Positions 26,660 through 39,884 of a DNA stretch of 64,000 nucleotides are shown here, piece after piece. The notes below the pieces were generated by a model. That model did no database searches, was not told the DNA's origin, and worked only from the letters and a program-made list of their open reading frames with translations. Every line of letters starts with the position of its first letter. Positions within the stretch are counted from its first letter, which is position 1. Location: assembly GCA_964188305.1 (NCBI GenBank), contig OZ076900.1; one strand, given 5' to 3'. Both the position numbers and the translations under genes were made by a program. This DNA is from Podarcis bocagei. Taxonomy: Eukaryota.

Positions 26660-28845
26660 AAGCAGTGGGCCAGGAAGAATCTCACTGGCAAACGATACCT
26701 AGCTGATTTGCATTGAGATCATCATCATAATTACGATTTTCAAGACCCTCACCAGTACGGCAAAGAGTAAAGTACATTTTGTATTGCGACCATATGCATC
26801 TTTCTCAGTAGTCAATCTCAACAAGTTCTAGAAGCAAGTTCTCAGTGTGTTGAAGAATTAAGAAACATAAAAGAAGATGCAGAGGCATCTCTGTAGAAAA
26901 TGCCACAGCAGCTGGAAATCTGTTGTCACCATCGACACCAGTAATTCACCAACAAAAGAATGCAAACTAGCTTTCACTATCAGCTGGAACTATACAACCA
27001 GCCAGTATAAACATGCCTTTTATGACTGCAGCCTTGGTCGGGGAACTGAGCTCTATTCCAATCTCCTGTGAAAACATCAGAAAACCAAACAAAACTAGAA
27101 TATTTGGGAGAAAGTATCTAAGAATGTAGGTTCTGAATGCGGGTTGGCATGTTGGATCTTGCCATTGTAGTGAATCTGGATGGATGGCATTCAGATGTTC
27201 ATAGTCTTTTTGACACCTGGAAAGAAGCATAGTTAATGTTGGTCCACCAGTGATGTCCACAGCTGACCCTCAGCTACCTTTGGGAGGAACAAGGTGGCAC
27301 TGCATATACATTTTGTTTAATTTCATTGTTCCACAGTAGTACCTTTGAGTGAAGGGCAGATTATAAAGAGTTCCTGATAAATAAGCAAATAATTTGTGGG
27401 GTCTTGGCTCACTTCCTCTGATTTAGGACTCCAGCTATAGGATACAGTCATCTCAAAGGGCCAACTTCTCCCATGGAAAAGCAACAAAAAAGGGTCAAAG
27501 CCATCCTGATGCAAGACAAAGAGTTAAGGTATCAAATTCGAGGTAAGTTTCAAATGTCTGCATTGTCTCTCAGGAGACCATGGTACAGCAGATATAAAAG
27601 CAGCTCCTTCCACTCTTTTTCTCTTTGTTAACATCTGGTAGATCTTAAAAACTAATTTCATAAGGAGCACTTGTCCTGCACCAATTGGCTTTGCCCTTTA
27701 GTAAATTTTGGGGTGTGTGGTCTGGACTTCATTTTAGTTGTTACTGATGCCATAGACACCAGCATATTTCAACAAGAGGCCTCATTCTTGGATTTAAATA
27801 GCTTAAAAGTTGCTCATCATACAATAGTGGGTCTGGGGACTCACTAACAAAAGCGAGTCCTTGCGGTTAGAAATAGACTTCTACTTCAAGGTTTGAAGGC
27901 TAAACACCCACCATACTTTACTCAATGGTCTGAAGATTTTACTCCATTTTTTAAAAAAATATTTGGAGGTATCTATCTCATTTGTATATCTATTTGGACA
28001 TATAGACAGCATTTATATATATCAGGGTTGATTCTTATTGATGTCAGCTGACATCCCTTCTTTCTTTTTGCTATATCTGCAAACAATGAAATTAAAAGTG
28101 GTGGGGACCGCCACCATGCAATGCTGATCCTGAGAGCCATCTGTAGGCTATTTCATTCATACTGCTGGAGTGAATTGGGGGCATTGTGTGTATTTACAAT
28201 GGTAGGTGGGTTACACACGCCAGTGTAGAATACAGCACTACTGCTGGTGGCTGTCTGTAGATAAGCCTGCATATTGCTTTGCCAGTCTCCGCCAAAACTG
28301 GTGCCAGGGCTGTCCAAGGCAATGTCATGCCACATTCCATACCACCTGCAGGATGCCATTCTAGATGGATACTGCTTCTACTAATGTTTGAGGAAAGGAG
28401 ACAGATTTCTTTAAATAGTTTAATGATGACCTTCCAAAAATGACCCTTCAACTTGCCTTATCTTGTACTAGATATACAAATCCATAATATGAATTACTGT
28501 CACCCTCTAACTGTACTCAGCACAGAGGAGGATGCCAATTGTGGACGACATGCCATTTGCCGGGTTGCTATCACACTCTCCATCCTTCCAAGCCAGTGGA
28601 TATTGTTTTAGAAAACTCACTCCCAAGGCAGCCCCCAACATTCCAATGAATGTAAAATAAGGTAGTAGCCCCTGAAGGACACACACAGTTCCTTTGAAGG
28701 CATGTACATCCATTTTGCTGAATCAGGAGCTCGTCGCCTTGGATAAGAACATTTCAGCAAGCTATCACACAGTGATCTGTCCAAGGTTCTGACTGCACAT
28801 GGCTTGTCTAAGCCAGCCCTTATTTACCAAATCGCTAAAGCCTTA
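26660..28845 (+). mobile_element. Possible highly degraded DIRS/Ngaro-type retroelement
   Basis: Broken-frame remnants in Ngaro order: CLHCLSGDHGTADI (CCHC spacing, last Cys lost) at about 27555-27596, a recombinase-like AIC...WSEL at about 28136-28177, and SGNH-like VDIVLENSLPR (about 28596) and GMYIHFAESGARRLG (about 28700). Confidence 0.3.
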
Positions 28846-30369
28846 TCTGCACTGCACATTTAAAGCAGCATTATATCACTTTAAACAGTCATGGTTTCCC
28901 TCAAAAAATCATGAAGACTAGTTCGTTAAGGGTACTGAGAGTTGCCAGGAGACCCCTTTCCCTCACTGAGAGCTACAGTTGGTTGAACAATCAATCCCTC
29001 TTTTCAATAAGCTCTCTGAGGAGAATCAGGGTCTCCTAACAATAATTCTCAGCACCTTTAACAAAATGAGGTTCCCAGCATGGGGACTAAGCTGCCCTGC
29101 CAATATATGGCAACAGTGTTCCAGTCCAGCTACTCTGTGAACCCTGATACCAGCTGCACAGGACATCCACTGTATTTTTTTCATGCATTTGGCACAGTGT
29201 TTAAAAAGGAAATCTACTGCTCAGGACCTATATTTTAGCAGGTAGTAGGAGAGCTAATGTATCTGCATTCCAACAAGTAACAGGAAGAATGGAAGTATGC
29301 TGACTTGTGATGTGACATTTTTGGCGTTTTCCCTCTCCCCTTTTGGTAAGCATTAAATTATATGCATGCTGAGAAAAGCAAATATCCCATGGTGGCTCGA
29401 TGCAGGAGACTTCCTCAATCTGCTAATTATATTCATCTAAAGTTTCTCCAAGGGTGACCTAATCTGAATTGCAATGAAAATGTCAACCTTGAAGCCAGAG
29501 TTAGCATTGCCTGATATTTCAGATGTGTGAAAGAGGTTGATGACAGGGCTGCTCTTTTGACATTAAGCAGAGTTAATTAGACAATGAGAAGTTTGGCAGC
29601 TTCAAAACAAATGCAATCAATATAGCAAAACTGAGAAGCAGCAGAGGAGATGCTGTGGTCACCTACCTGGTCCCTCTGCCCATGTGACTGCAATTCCCTT
29701 TTGTTCCAGTTTTCTAGCCTTTTGTTTATTTCAAAAACCACTCAATTTGGGAGTATTCAGGTGAAGGTCATATTACACAGTGACCCAATAGGCAAAACAT
29801 GTGAAGTGCATTAGTGTTGGTGTTTTAAGAAGAAGAAAAATTAATGGTAATGTCATCTTCAAAAAGTTTAGTAATTATTTGGTACTATATTCACTGGATC
29901 CAAATCAAGCCAATACATCTACTTGTCGTAACTAATGGATCCTACCTAGGGCAATCTTATTTTCCTGTGTGGTCCCAACCGAAGCGGGGGATTTGTAACA
30001 GTCAAAAGGTTAGTTGTTGACAAACACTTGATGCTGAATTATATAACTGGTTCATCCAGTTCAATATTTTCTGCACAGACTGGCAAAGGCTCTTCGGAGT
30101 TTCAGAGAGGAATCTCTACCAGCCCTAGCTGGAGAAGCTAGGGATTCAACCTTCAGCCTTTTGCATGCAAAGCATAAGCTCTACCATTGAATCATGACCC
30201 ATCCCTTAACTCAGGGTAGATAAACATGTTTCATGCCAACTATTTCAGCACCAGGCAGCACTGCCAGTGGTCATCCCAGATATTGTTAGACAACAAGTTC
30301 CCTATCATTGTCCTAATTGGAGCGTGTCCAGCAGAGGGCAACCAGAATAGTGAGGACGTCTGGAAACTA

Positions 30370-30765
30370 AGTCCTATGGTGTTGGGTTGGTGGAGCTGGG
30401 TAGGTTTAGGCAGGAGAAGGGAAGATTAAGAGGAAATATTACAGCTGTGTTTAAATATAGGGCTGTCATACAGGGTTGTCATAAAGTAGATGGAGCAGGC
30501 TTGCAAGGAAAGATTTCAGATAAGCTTTAGGAGAAATTTATAGCAGTAAGATTTGTTGAACATTAGTCTCAGGACATGGTGGGCTGTCCTTCGCTGGAGA
30601 TATATAAGTAAAGTCTGGGCAGTCATCTTTCTGGGATGCTGTGGCTGCACTGTGCAGTTTTGATCCTACATTGTGTAGGGGTCGTTGTTTATATTATTTA
30701 TACCATTATGTGCCAAAATGTGTTAGACTAGATGACTTCCAAGGTCCCTCAAAACTCTTTAATTT
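30370..30765 (+). mobile_element. Old CR1 3' fragment
   Basis: Degenerate AGGAGAAGG.AAGATTAAGAGG...TAGACTAGATGAC...GGTCCC; CR1 ORF2 end and 3' UTR. Confidence 0.55.
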
Positions 30766-31685
30766 CAAATTGCAAGCTTAGTTTGATCAGTCATTGTGCA
30801 TGCATTAAAAAATACAAAAAATTTAAACACTTTGCGACAGATGTGGGGAACAGTTGTCTCTCCATGTATTTCTGAGCAGTAACTCCCATCATGCCATACC
30901 TGCTGGGATATTTTAGCAATATCAAGAAAGCCAAATGTTCTCCAGACCAGCTTTACATACCATTGCAAAAGGAAAGTCACAATGCAGGTTCCTGCTATTT
31001 ATTCAAATGGGAGATTCTCTCTCCCTACTCTAAACCTTCAGTTTAAAATAGCCATTTATGTTGAGCACTCTGTTTCTCCCTTGCTTGCCATGCATCTCTA
31101 TGCTCCCTTGGATCTGAACTGCTGTCTTCTGTAGCAAATTTGTCAAAGATTTGGCTTGCTGTTGCAGCCCTCTCATGTGAATATTCCCAGTGGGCTTGGG
31201 TCTTGTTGCTCCTGAAGTCAATGGGAAATAAAACTCTCAAAGACCTCAGAGGATGAAAGTCCCCTGGCTTCTTATTTAAGTAAGAACTCAGGCTCTTTCT
31301 GCTCCAGTGAAGAATACTCCAAACATAAGAAGTAAAGCTACAATCACTACTGGCCATACTCATCTTAGAGAAATGCAGTTCACATTTTGCATCAAACATA
31401 GTGAAAAGGTTCTCAGAAGCAGATGGTCAATAATAAGACAAGCAGATGCCCAGGTCTCTGCAAAACACTGGGGGCACATCTTCAGAATTTATTTAAGGTA
31501 CTTTTACACCACTTTAACTGTCATGGCTTCCCCAAAAGAATCATGGAAACTGTAGCTTGTTAAGGGTGCTGGTAATTTTAGCTGTGTAAGCTGTACAAGT
31601 CCTAACAATTTGCAGCACTCTTAACAGACTACAGCTCCCAGGAATTTTTTAGGGTGGGGAATGCCCTGGCTGTTAAAGTGGCATA

Positions 31686-32226
31686 AGGTAAAGGTAAAGG
31701 GACCGCTGACCATTCGGTCCAGTCGTGGCCGACTCTGGGGTTGCGGTGCTCATCTCACTTTATTGGCCAAGGGAGCCAGTGTCACCATCAGTCAGCTGGG
31801 CATCTTCTGCATCCTAAGCTTCTCATCCTGGTGGATCTTGTCCCCTTAGCTGGTTCCTCCCCCTGCCCCCCCGTACACCTCTACCTAGTGAAGGTAAAGG
31901 GACCGCTGACCATTAGGTCCAGTTGTGACCGACTCTGGGGTTGCGGCGTTCATCTCGCTTTATTGGACGAGGGAGCCAGCATACAGCTTCCGGGTCATGT
32001 GGCCAGCATGACTAAGCCACTTCTGGCAAACCAGAGCAGTGCACAGAAACGCCATTTACCTTCCCGCCGGAGCAGTACCTATTTATCTACTTGCACTTTG
32101 ATGTGCTTTCAAACTGCTAGGTTGGCAGGAGCAGGGACCGAGCAACGGGAGCTCATCCTGTTTCGGGGATTCAAACCGGCAAGTCCTAGGCTCTGTGGTT
32201 TAACCCACAGCGCCACCTGCATCCCC
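31686..32226 (-). mobile_element. Composite Sauria SINE: 3' fragment (31686-31778) + 102-bp captured segment (31787-31888) + full SINE (31891-32226)
   Basis: Both SINE parts have (ACCTTT) tails. A single 14-bp TSD GTTAAAGTGGCATA lies at 31672-31685 and 32227-32240. Confidence 0.88.
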
Positions 32227-32642
32227 GTTAAAGTGGCATAGCACTGCTTTAATTTATGATGTGAGTGTAACCTGGGAGAATTTAGTCTTGGGGACCACAT
32301 ACAGTATATAAATGCTGAAAATATGTCTCTAGTCATTCACAGGTCATCAACACACCAGGAGTCCTTGTTTGTATTTTACAGGTGGGTAGCTACAGTCAAG
32401 TGTGTCCATGGACAGAGAGATTTATGAACCACTGACTTTAAGGGTGGCTTCATCTGTATCAAAGCCTTTGCACCTGTCACCACTTCTTCTTGTTGCTATG
32501 AATTCATCTTTAGCGAGGCCAGAGATTGGTCAGAAACTTAATGAGATCCAGATAGCAGGAGGAGAAGTAATCATGGAGCATCATGCTAATTGTAACTGCA
32601 GCAGTACAGAAGGGTAAGGGAGGAGAAGGGCACTAACTAAAA

Positions 32643-32778
32643 CAGGTGTAGGGAACCTTTGGTCCTCCAGATGCTTATGGACAACTTCCATCAGCTCCAG
32701 CAAGCATAGCCAATGGCCAAGGATGCTGGGAGGCATAGCTCAGCAACAGCTGGAGGACCACATGTTCACCACACCTGC
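32643..32778. mobile_element. Short palindromic hAT-derived MITE
   Basis: CAGGTGTAGGGAACCT...GTTCACCACACCTG with an internal palindrome. Relatives at about 36160-36315, 38224-38360, 41575-41680, 47281-47395, 55160-55240 and 63603-63722. Confidence 0.6.
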
Positions 32779-33093
32779 ACTAACGTAAAGGCTGGGTTAA
32801 TTGATGCCATTATCATTTAAAGCTAAGCAGAAGCCCCCAATCTGGCTGGTGTCTGGATGTCTGGAACAACACAGGAGCCCTATATAAACTGAGCTTCTCA
32901 AAACATAACCCACATTTAGAGTGTCTCAGTGGGGAGGGCCATCCTTTGAGGTACCTAAGAGTGATTTGCACTTTCAACTGCTAGCCCTGTCCTCTCTCTC
33001 TACTCCCCTTCCTCTGTTAATTCCCTTAAAACAGAGGCATCTTGGGCAGCAGTGAAATGACCAGTTTGCACCATCATTGCTTTACCAGCTGGC

Positions 33094-33098
<5 letters not shown>

Positions 33099-33141
<43 letters not shown>
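33099..33141. repeat. (GA)n microsatellite
   Basis: Seen directly. Confidence 0.97.
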
Positions 33142-33144
<3 letters not shown>

Positions 33145-34184
33145 CCCAGAGGCAAGGAAAGCAAGTTGTTTGTCCAGTGGAAACAGAAAATGAGGAACAG
33201 CAACAGACAAGAAAAGTGGTGCACATAGCAGGGAGTAAAGGCATTTTTTTCTTATTTAAATGATCTCTCCAAATTGTGGGTCATATCATGTCCTGTAATA
33301 CTATTCACCACATCAAAACATGCCAAGTTTTTGTTTTGTAAAACCCCATCCCTCTGAATGCTTGAAAACGAATCAAAGAGGGGAGAAAACACACCACACC
33401 ACTGAGGAGAAATAGTGAAGAAAAGCTACAAAACCCCCCATTTGATGAGAAGCACCCAAACAAACATCTAAATGGATCTCGGCAAACAAGGATAATTAGG
33501 TAATTATGCTCTTTTTCCCTTTGGTTGGCAAAGGAGGAAATGCCATGGCATCTGCATCTAGGATGCAGACAGATCAACATTTGTTATCTCTCTTTGTGGG
33601 CTAGCTGAAGATTTTGAACAGATACCTACAAGGAAATTTAATAAGAGGAATGAGAATAGAGGGTGGCCTGTAGATTGGTCAAGGTGGCTAGCTGTTGATG
33701 AGAGATCATCTGCATCGAACAACTACAGCTTTTAAAAATAGGCCCCACCTTCACTAAGATCAACCAATTTTCTTGCAGGGTTTTAAGTATTAAAGCTAAC
33801 CCTTTTCCCTTGGAAAATTCCAGAGCGGGGTGGGTGAAATAACCCAAGGCTTGGGTTTCTAAAAATCCCCTGCAAATGGTGCGTAATCCAAGACCACATT
33901 TGTTGACCATAAAGGTGTACAACAGCCCTCTTTTTTTTTTTTTTGCGATGACAGTGCAGAGAGAGAGAGAGAGAGAGAATATGCGATCTGAGTGCTAATG
34001 AGCTGACACTGCAGTGGCTGGAGCAATGTAGTGTAGTGCACTACAAGAGCAGAACAGAAAAAGACACCAGCAGTGCTTTATTTTGAGGGAATAGGAGCAA
34101 CAGAACGTTAAACATAATTGAAAACCTAACAGTAAAAGACACCGTTGGAGGTTTTGAATTAAACTCAGAGAGAGGGAATTTATT

Positions 34185-34187
<3 letters not shown>

Positions 34188-34226
<39 letters not shown>
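34188..34226. repeat. (CA)n microsatellite
   Basis: Seen directly. Confidence 0.97.
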
Positions 34227-34229
<3 letters not shown>

Positions 34230-37200
34230 AGTCATGCTAGGGATGGAATTATGCATTTAAGCTGCTCGGTCTCAATATACTCCAACAAAGATGTCTCACT
34301 TCAAATGTGAGCTGAACCCTGCAATGCCTCTGTATCCACCTGCTTACATTGACTTATGCACTCGTCAGACTTGCAAAGCAAGTTAGCAGCTTCATTTGGC
34401 ATTTCCTGCTCCCCAAGGAAGAGAGAGAACCCAAAGCTGTAGAATGGTCACACTATAGCTAACGGAGCATTTGCCCATCTGATTGCTGTTGCCTACACAG
34501 ACTGGCAGTGGCTCTCCAAGGTTTCAGATAAGGAGCCTTTCCCAGCCCTACCTGGAGATTCTGGGGGTTGGATCTGGGCAAAGCAGATGCTCCACCACTG
34601 AGCTACAGCTCAGTACAGCATCTCTCCTCTGTATCCCCAGATAGGTGTTAACACCAAGATAAGAAACATGGTATGCCAAGACAAAATACTACAGGTTTAT
34701 GTAGCAAGTTAACTGGAAAAGGGGGGAGTGCTCCGAGTACACACACACACACACAATCTCATGAGATCAGAGTAGTTCTGCCTCTGAAAATAGATGATAC
34801 CTTTTAGCGAATAGCCCATTTTCCCTTCCCTGTTTCCCCAGGTAAGTCTATGCTACCTCAAATGTGACCAGGTTGCAGTAAACTGGATACAGCATAAGAA
34901 ACGAGTTTTCTTCCTCCTTGATCAAATTAGAAAATGGTTTCAAGAGATCATAATTTCAAACCTTAGGACAATGTTTCCTTATCATTCTGCCTCCACACTC
35001 GCAAATCTAGATTAGATCTCCATTTATAGTTTTATGACACTACAAGCTGACCAGCCCTTAAGACACGCCCTGTTAAGTGCCAGAGCTCTGGGTACCCTGA
35101 AAGTACCCTTGGTTACACCAGAAGGCAGAGTGAAGGTTGTACGGAAGGAAATATCAGTCAAACAAGAAACTTTCTAACACTAACAACTGGTCAATAGCAG
35201 ACCAGACTGCCTTGTGGGGCAGGGTGGGGGAGCTATCATTTGCTGGAGGTATTTAAGCAGGAGGCTAGACATCTGCCAGGGTTGCTGTGGATGAAACATA
35301 TGACCATTGCATCCCTGACTGATCCTTCACTGAGCAGAGCACTGCACCTGGATTCCTCGGGGAGGAAGGGCCATAGCTCAGTGACAGAGCATCTGCCTTG
35401 AAGATCCCCAGTTCAATCCCTGGCATCTCCAGATACGGCTAGGAATGACTCCTGGTTTGACACCCTGGAGAGCCACTTCTGGGTGGCTAATAATAATAAT
35501 AATAAATTTATTTACTTAATTTATATATTGCTCACTCCATAGGGAAAAATACATGTCATTTAAATATCCATTTAAAAATACTGATAGAAGCAAACATTGA
35601 AAACAAGGTGGCATTATTTTTAAAAAGCAAAATAACAAATAAAAACAGCAATAATTATCCGGCTATCTTTGGAATGCAAAATACTTTTATAGGCATTTTA
35701 ACAACCCCGTGGGAATCAAATTTACACACACACACAACACAACAACCTGGGATGATTTTACCCTAGGATCAAATAGTGAAACTATTAGGGTGAAAACACC
35801 TTCAAATGTCTTTAGGAAGAACAATATACCACTTGATACCTTTACAAGTGCCCCAGCTGAAAAAGAAAGGGGTGGTTAAAACAAAATAGGAACCAAGGAC
35901 CTGAACATTTAGCACCATCCCAATTTAAAACATATTATAGAATTCAGCGATAAAAGAATAATAGTAATCCGACCACCTTGTCCCTTGCAGTATTCATTAT
36001 GATGGGGCTCTATTTATAGTATAAACTTATATTGGTTTTATACCTATCACTCTAATTGCACCCAAGGAAGGTAATTTGGTAAAGCACTGAGTTTGTCCCC
36101 CAACCACTCTTCGCAGAATTATATTTCCCAGAGTCCCTGAAGGAAGGGAATGCAACTACCAACCTTCCCTAACCTGGTGGTCTCCAGATCTTTGAGAGTA
36201 CAACCCCCATGGGCATGGGCTGCATGAAGCTGGTGCTGAAGGGAACATGGCTATACTAGCTAAAGCTGATGGGATTTGTCCGAAACACCTGAATGGCACA
36301 AGGTTGGGAAAGGATGGACTAAACAGTCTGTTGAATCTGCAGTGCAGATAAACCCCAAATCACGGTAGAGTCACTGCAACTTTTTCATTTTCAGTTGCAA
36401 ATATCAAAGGCAAATATCACATGGTAGCTCTTGAGGGTAGGTGACTATCCAAGAGAAGCCACACAATTGTAGGAAAATGTATCCAAAACATAAAAAAGCA
36501 TTAGCTCATTAATAAGGATAAGGGATTGGCAGTGGCTAATTTGTATACACTTTGGGGAACTAGGGCATATTTGTATGCATGAGCATTATGACTTTACAGA
36601 GACAAATTACTTTCAGATCTGAGAATAGTAGTGGCCTTTCTGGATATTTATTTGTAGCTGCAAAGACTTCAGTGTTCAGTGGGCAGGACTGCAAATAATG
36701 TATTTCCACCCACTGTAATACATCGTCAACTGAGCTTTTTATTCCAGACAAGGTCACTTTTCCCTACCCTTTCTTCTGCGTACTTAGCCACAGATGCTCC
36801 AGGAGAATAGGATGTGTGTGGGGGGGGGGGGAGAAAATGTTTACCTTCACATATCATATCAGATACAAATTTACCGGGCCACTTGCATTGAATAGTCTGT
36901 TGCAAGTCTACTGCCAAATAAAGAAATGTAACTTCTTTTCAAAAAGCATATATGGAATTCCATTGACAGAAGATATGGCAATGGCTTAGACAGTTTCCTT
37001 ATACCATGTCAAACCATTGATCCATCTAGCTCAGCATGGCCTCCACTGCTTAGCAGTGATTTTCCAAGGTTTGTGATCTTCCCCAGCTCTATCTGAAGGT
37101 GCCATGAATTATACTTGGGATATTCTGCATGCAAAGTGCATGCTCTTCCACCAAGTCACAGTCATTCCTCCTGAATTCAAGAGACAAGTTAAAGTATCCA

Positions 37201-37364
37201 ACAGCAACTTTAAGCTGTGGAGACACCCATGATCTGAGGGAGTTTGCCACTGAATATCAGATGCTTGAAACAAACAGGGACAGGCTACTTTGTGTTTTGC
37301 TCTTAAGCTTCCCAGATGGATGCCGCTGGCCACTCTTTAAAGCAGGACATTGGACTAGGATTAG

Positions 37365-38210
37365 GTAAAGGTAAAGGGACTCCTGACCATTAGGTCCAGT
37401 CATGACCGACTCTGGGGTTGCGACGCTCATCTCGCTTTATTGGCCAAGGGAGCCGGCATACAGCTTCCGGGCCATGTGGCCAGCATGACAAAGCCGCTTC
37501 TGGCAAACCAGAGCAGCGCACGGAAACGCCGTTTACCTTCCCGCTGGAGCGGTACCTATTTATCTACTTGCACTTTGACGTGCTTTCAAACTGCTAGGTT
37601 GGCAGGAGCAGGGACCGAGCAACGGAAGCTCACCCCGTCATGGGCATTCAAACCGCCGACCTTCTGATCGGTCCTAGGCACTGTGGTTTAACCCACAGCG
37701 CCACCCACGTCCCACCTGCTATTTGTTAGGAGGCCCCTATTTCCCTTACAGAGCTAAATTCCCAGCGTTCCTTGGGTAGAGGGATTGATTGTTAAACCAC
37801 TATGGAAACTGCACCTCTGAGAGTGGAATAGGAGTCTTTTCTGAACTCTCAGCACTCTTAACAAACTACAGTTCCCAGGATCCTTTGGAAGAATCCATGA
37901 TTAGCAAAGTAGGACCACACTTTCTGCTCAGTGGCTTATAGCTTCTGGGCATACAGCTTCTGGGTCATGTGGCCAGCATGACTAAGCCACTTCTGGTGAA
38001 CCAGAGCAGTGCACGGAAATGCCGTTTACCTTCCCGCCGGAGCGGTACCTATTTATCTACTTGTACTCTGACATGCTTTCGAACTGCTAGGTTGGCAGGA
38101 GCAGGGACCGAACAACAGGAGCTCACCCCGTCGCGGGGATTCGAACCGCCGACCTTCTGATCGGCAAGTCCTAGGCTCTTTGGTTTAACCCACAGCACCA
38201 CCCACATCCC
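37365..38210 (-). mobile_element. Composite Sauria SINE: full SINE (37365-37713) + about 220-bp foreign segment + 3'-less SINE (about 37935-38210)
   Basis: Single 14-bp TSD TGGACTAG(G/A)ATTAG at 37351-37364 and 38211-38224. Confidence 0.82.
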
Positions 38211-39884
38211 TGGACTAGAATTAGTGATGGGGAATTTGTGGCACTACATGCTTTTGCTAGACCACAACTCCCATCAGCCCTGACCATTGGCTATGCTGGC
38301 TGGGGCTATGGGAATTGGAATTCAGCTGTATTTGGAAGTCTGTAGCTTCTCATCTCTGGCCTGGATAGAACTCATGGTCCAATATAGGGTGCAACTTGAG
38401 GAAAAATAAGCATGCTTTGGTTTCCTTTCCAAATGCTTAATTGCTAAATCAGACTAGATTGCCATAAGCAAGCATCAAATGTACCCTATAATCACACTAA
38501 CCACATGTATGGGCAAATAAGGGCAGCAGCAACAAGCAACCAACAGTGCAACTCTATGTTTACTCAAAATTAAATGCACCTAGTGGGGCTTAGTCCTAGT
38601 GAAAAGAATTGCAGCTCCAGTGATGTTAAAATGCGCAGTTGTGGAGGAGAAATACACCTTGGCATTACCATGTTATTTTTTAATTGGATTAGGGATGCAT
38701 TCAGGAAGATCAAGCGCTGCTGCAACAAGTAATATAATGCATGATATATGCTCCTGAGCATTTAATAAACTGTTCAATTCCAGTCTGATTGGTAGTATTC
38801 AGAAGAGTGAAGATAAAGAACTGCTTCTCTCCAGGCACAATTAATGCATGGAGTTCCATGGCAAATATCGAGAATAGCTTTAAAGGGGGTGAGACAAATG
38901 AGGATTGTGCACTGAGATAGATATATAAAACCTCCAGGTTCAGAGGCAGCATGCCACTGAATAGCAGTGAGGGTGGGCTATTGCTTTTATGCTCAGGAGC
39001 ACATGACTGGTACCCTCTTTTCTGAAGCTTCTAAAGTGGGATCTGCAATAAGATATTGCTAAGTTGAGAGCTCCTGCACTTGTGGTCTGCTCCGTTCCAG
39101 CCAGCCATGCCGCCTCTCAAGATTGCCCATTCCATTTGCCATCTCTCCCCAGTTTTCTATTCCTCTGTCAACTGATGCTTAACATCCTGTGGCCATGGAG
39201 CATTCTCAGCCCTTACTGAGCTGATGAGAAAGGGCACTGCACTGTCTTAAAGTCTCCCCTCCTAAACATGGCAGTACCATGCTCCTTGGATGGTGCCTTG
39301 CAGCCTCCTTCCAGCAGCTCTTCCAGCCCTGCTGGTGCCAAGCGCATTGCTCTGCTTTCCTTTGGACCACATCAGCAAGGTCGAGGGAGGGTGTTGTGTT
39401 GTCTGGGCAGTGCAATACCTCTATATGCACTGCCCAGGCTTGCTCCCCAGGGATGTCACTTCAGTACTTCTACTGCAGTAGTTTGACTTCACTCCCAGAG
39501 CTACACTCTATTGTCTCTTGAGAAAGATGCCAATGTGGCAGTACCTCTTCCTATTTTTTTCAGTAACCTCATTTTGCCTACATACCCATTGTAACCAGAT
39601 ATCACTATTAGTTTATATAATGCTGCTGCACTGGATGACTTTGGGGTTTGGCTGAAAGGGCTCTTATATTCTTAAAATGAGGGTAATTATAAGGGAGAAT
39701 GACGACTTTGGATGCCACAGAAGAGCAGCAAGGGGCCAATTATTTCATCATTAGGGGTGTGTGTTTGTTTAACTGAAAGAAGAAGGAATGGTGTTTATTT
39801 TCCATCTCAGATCGACAAGTGTTTTAAACCAGCCTTGCAAGTGACTCTGGACTTTTATTGAAGGTTTATTCTGCAACATGTTTT

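Noticed and set aside
28153-28713. Minus-strand ORFs as a bornavirus-like glycoprotein fossil
   Set aside because: Resemblance is too vague and not colinear; the plus-strand DIRS/Ngaro reading fits somewhat better, and both need a translated search.
30244-30265. REST/RE1-like TTCAGCACCAGGCAGCAC
   Set aside because: Only the left half-site matches; the right half lacks GGACAG with correct spacing.
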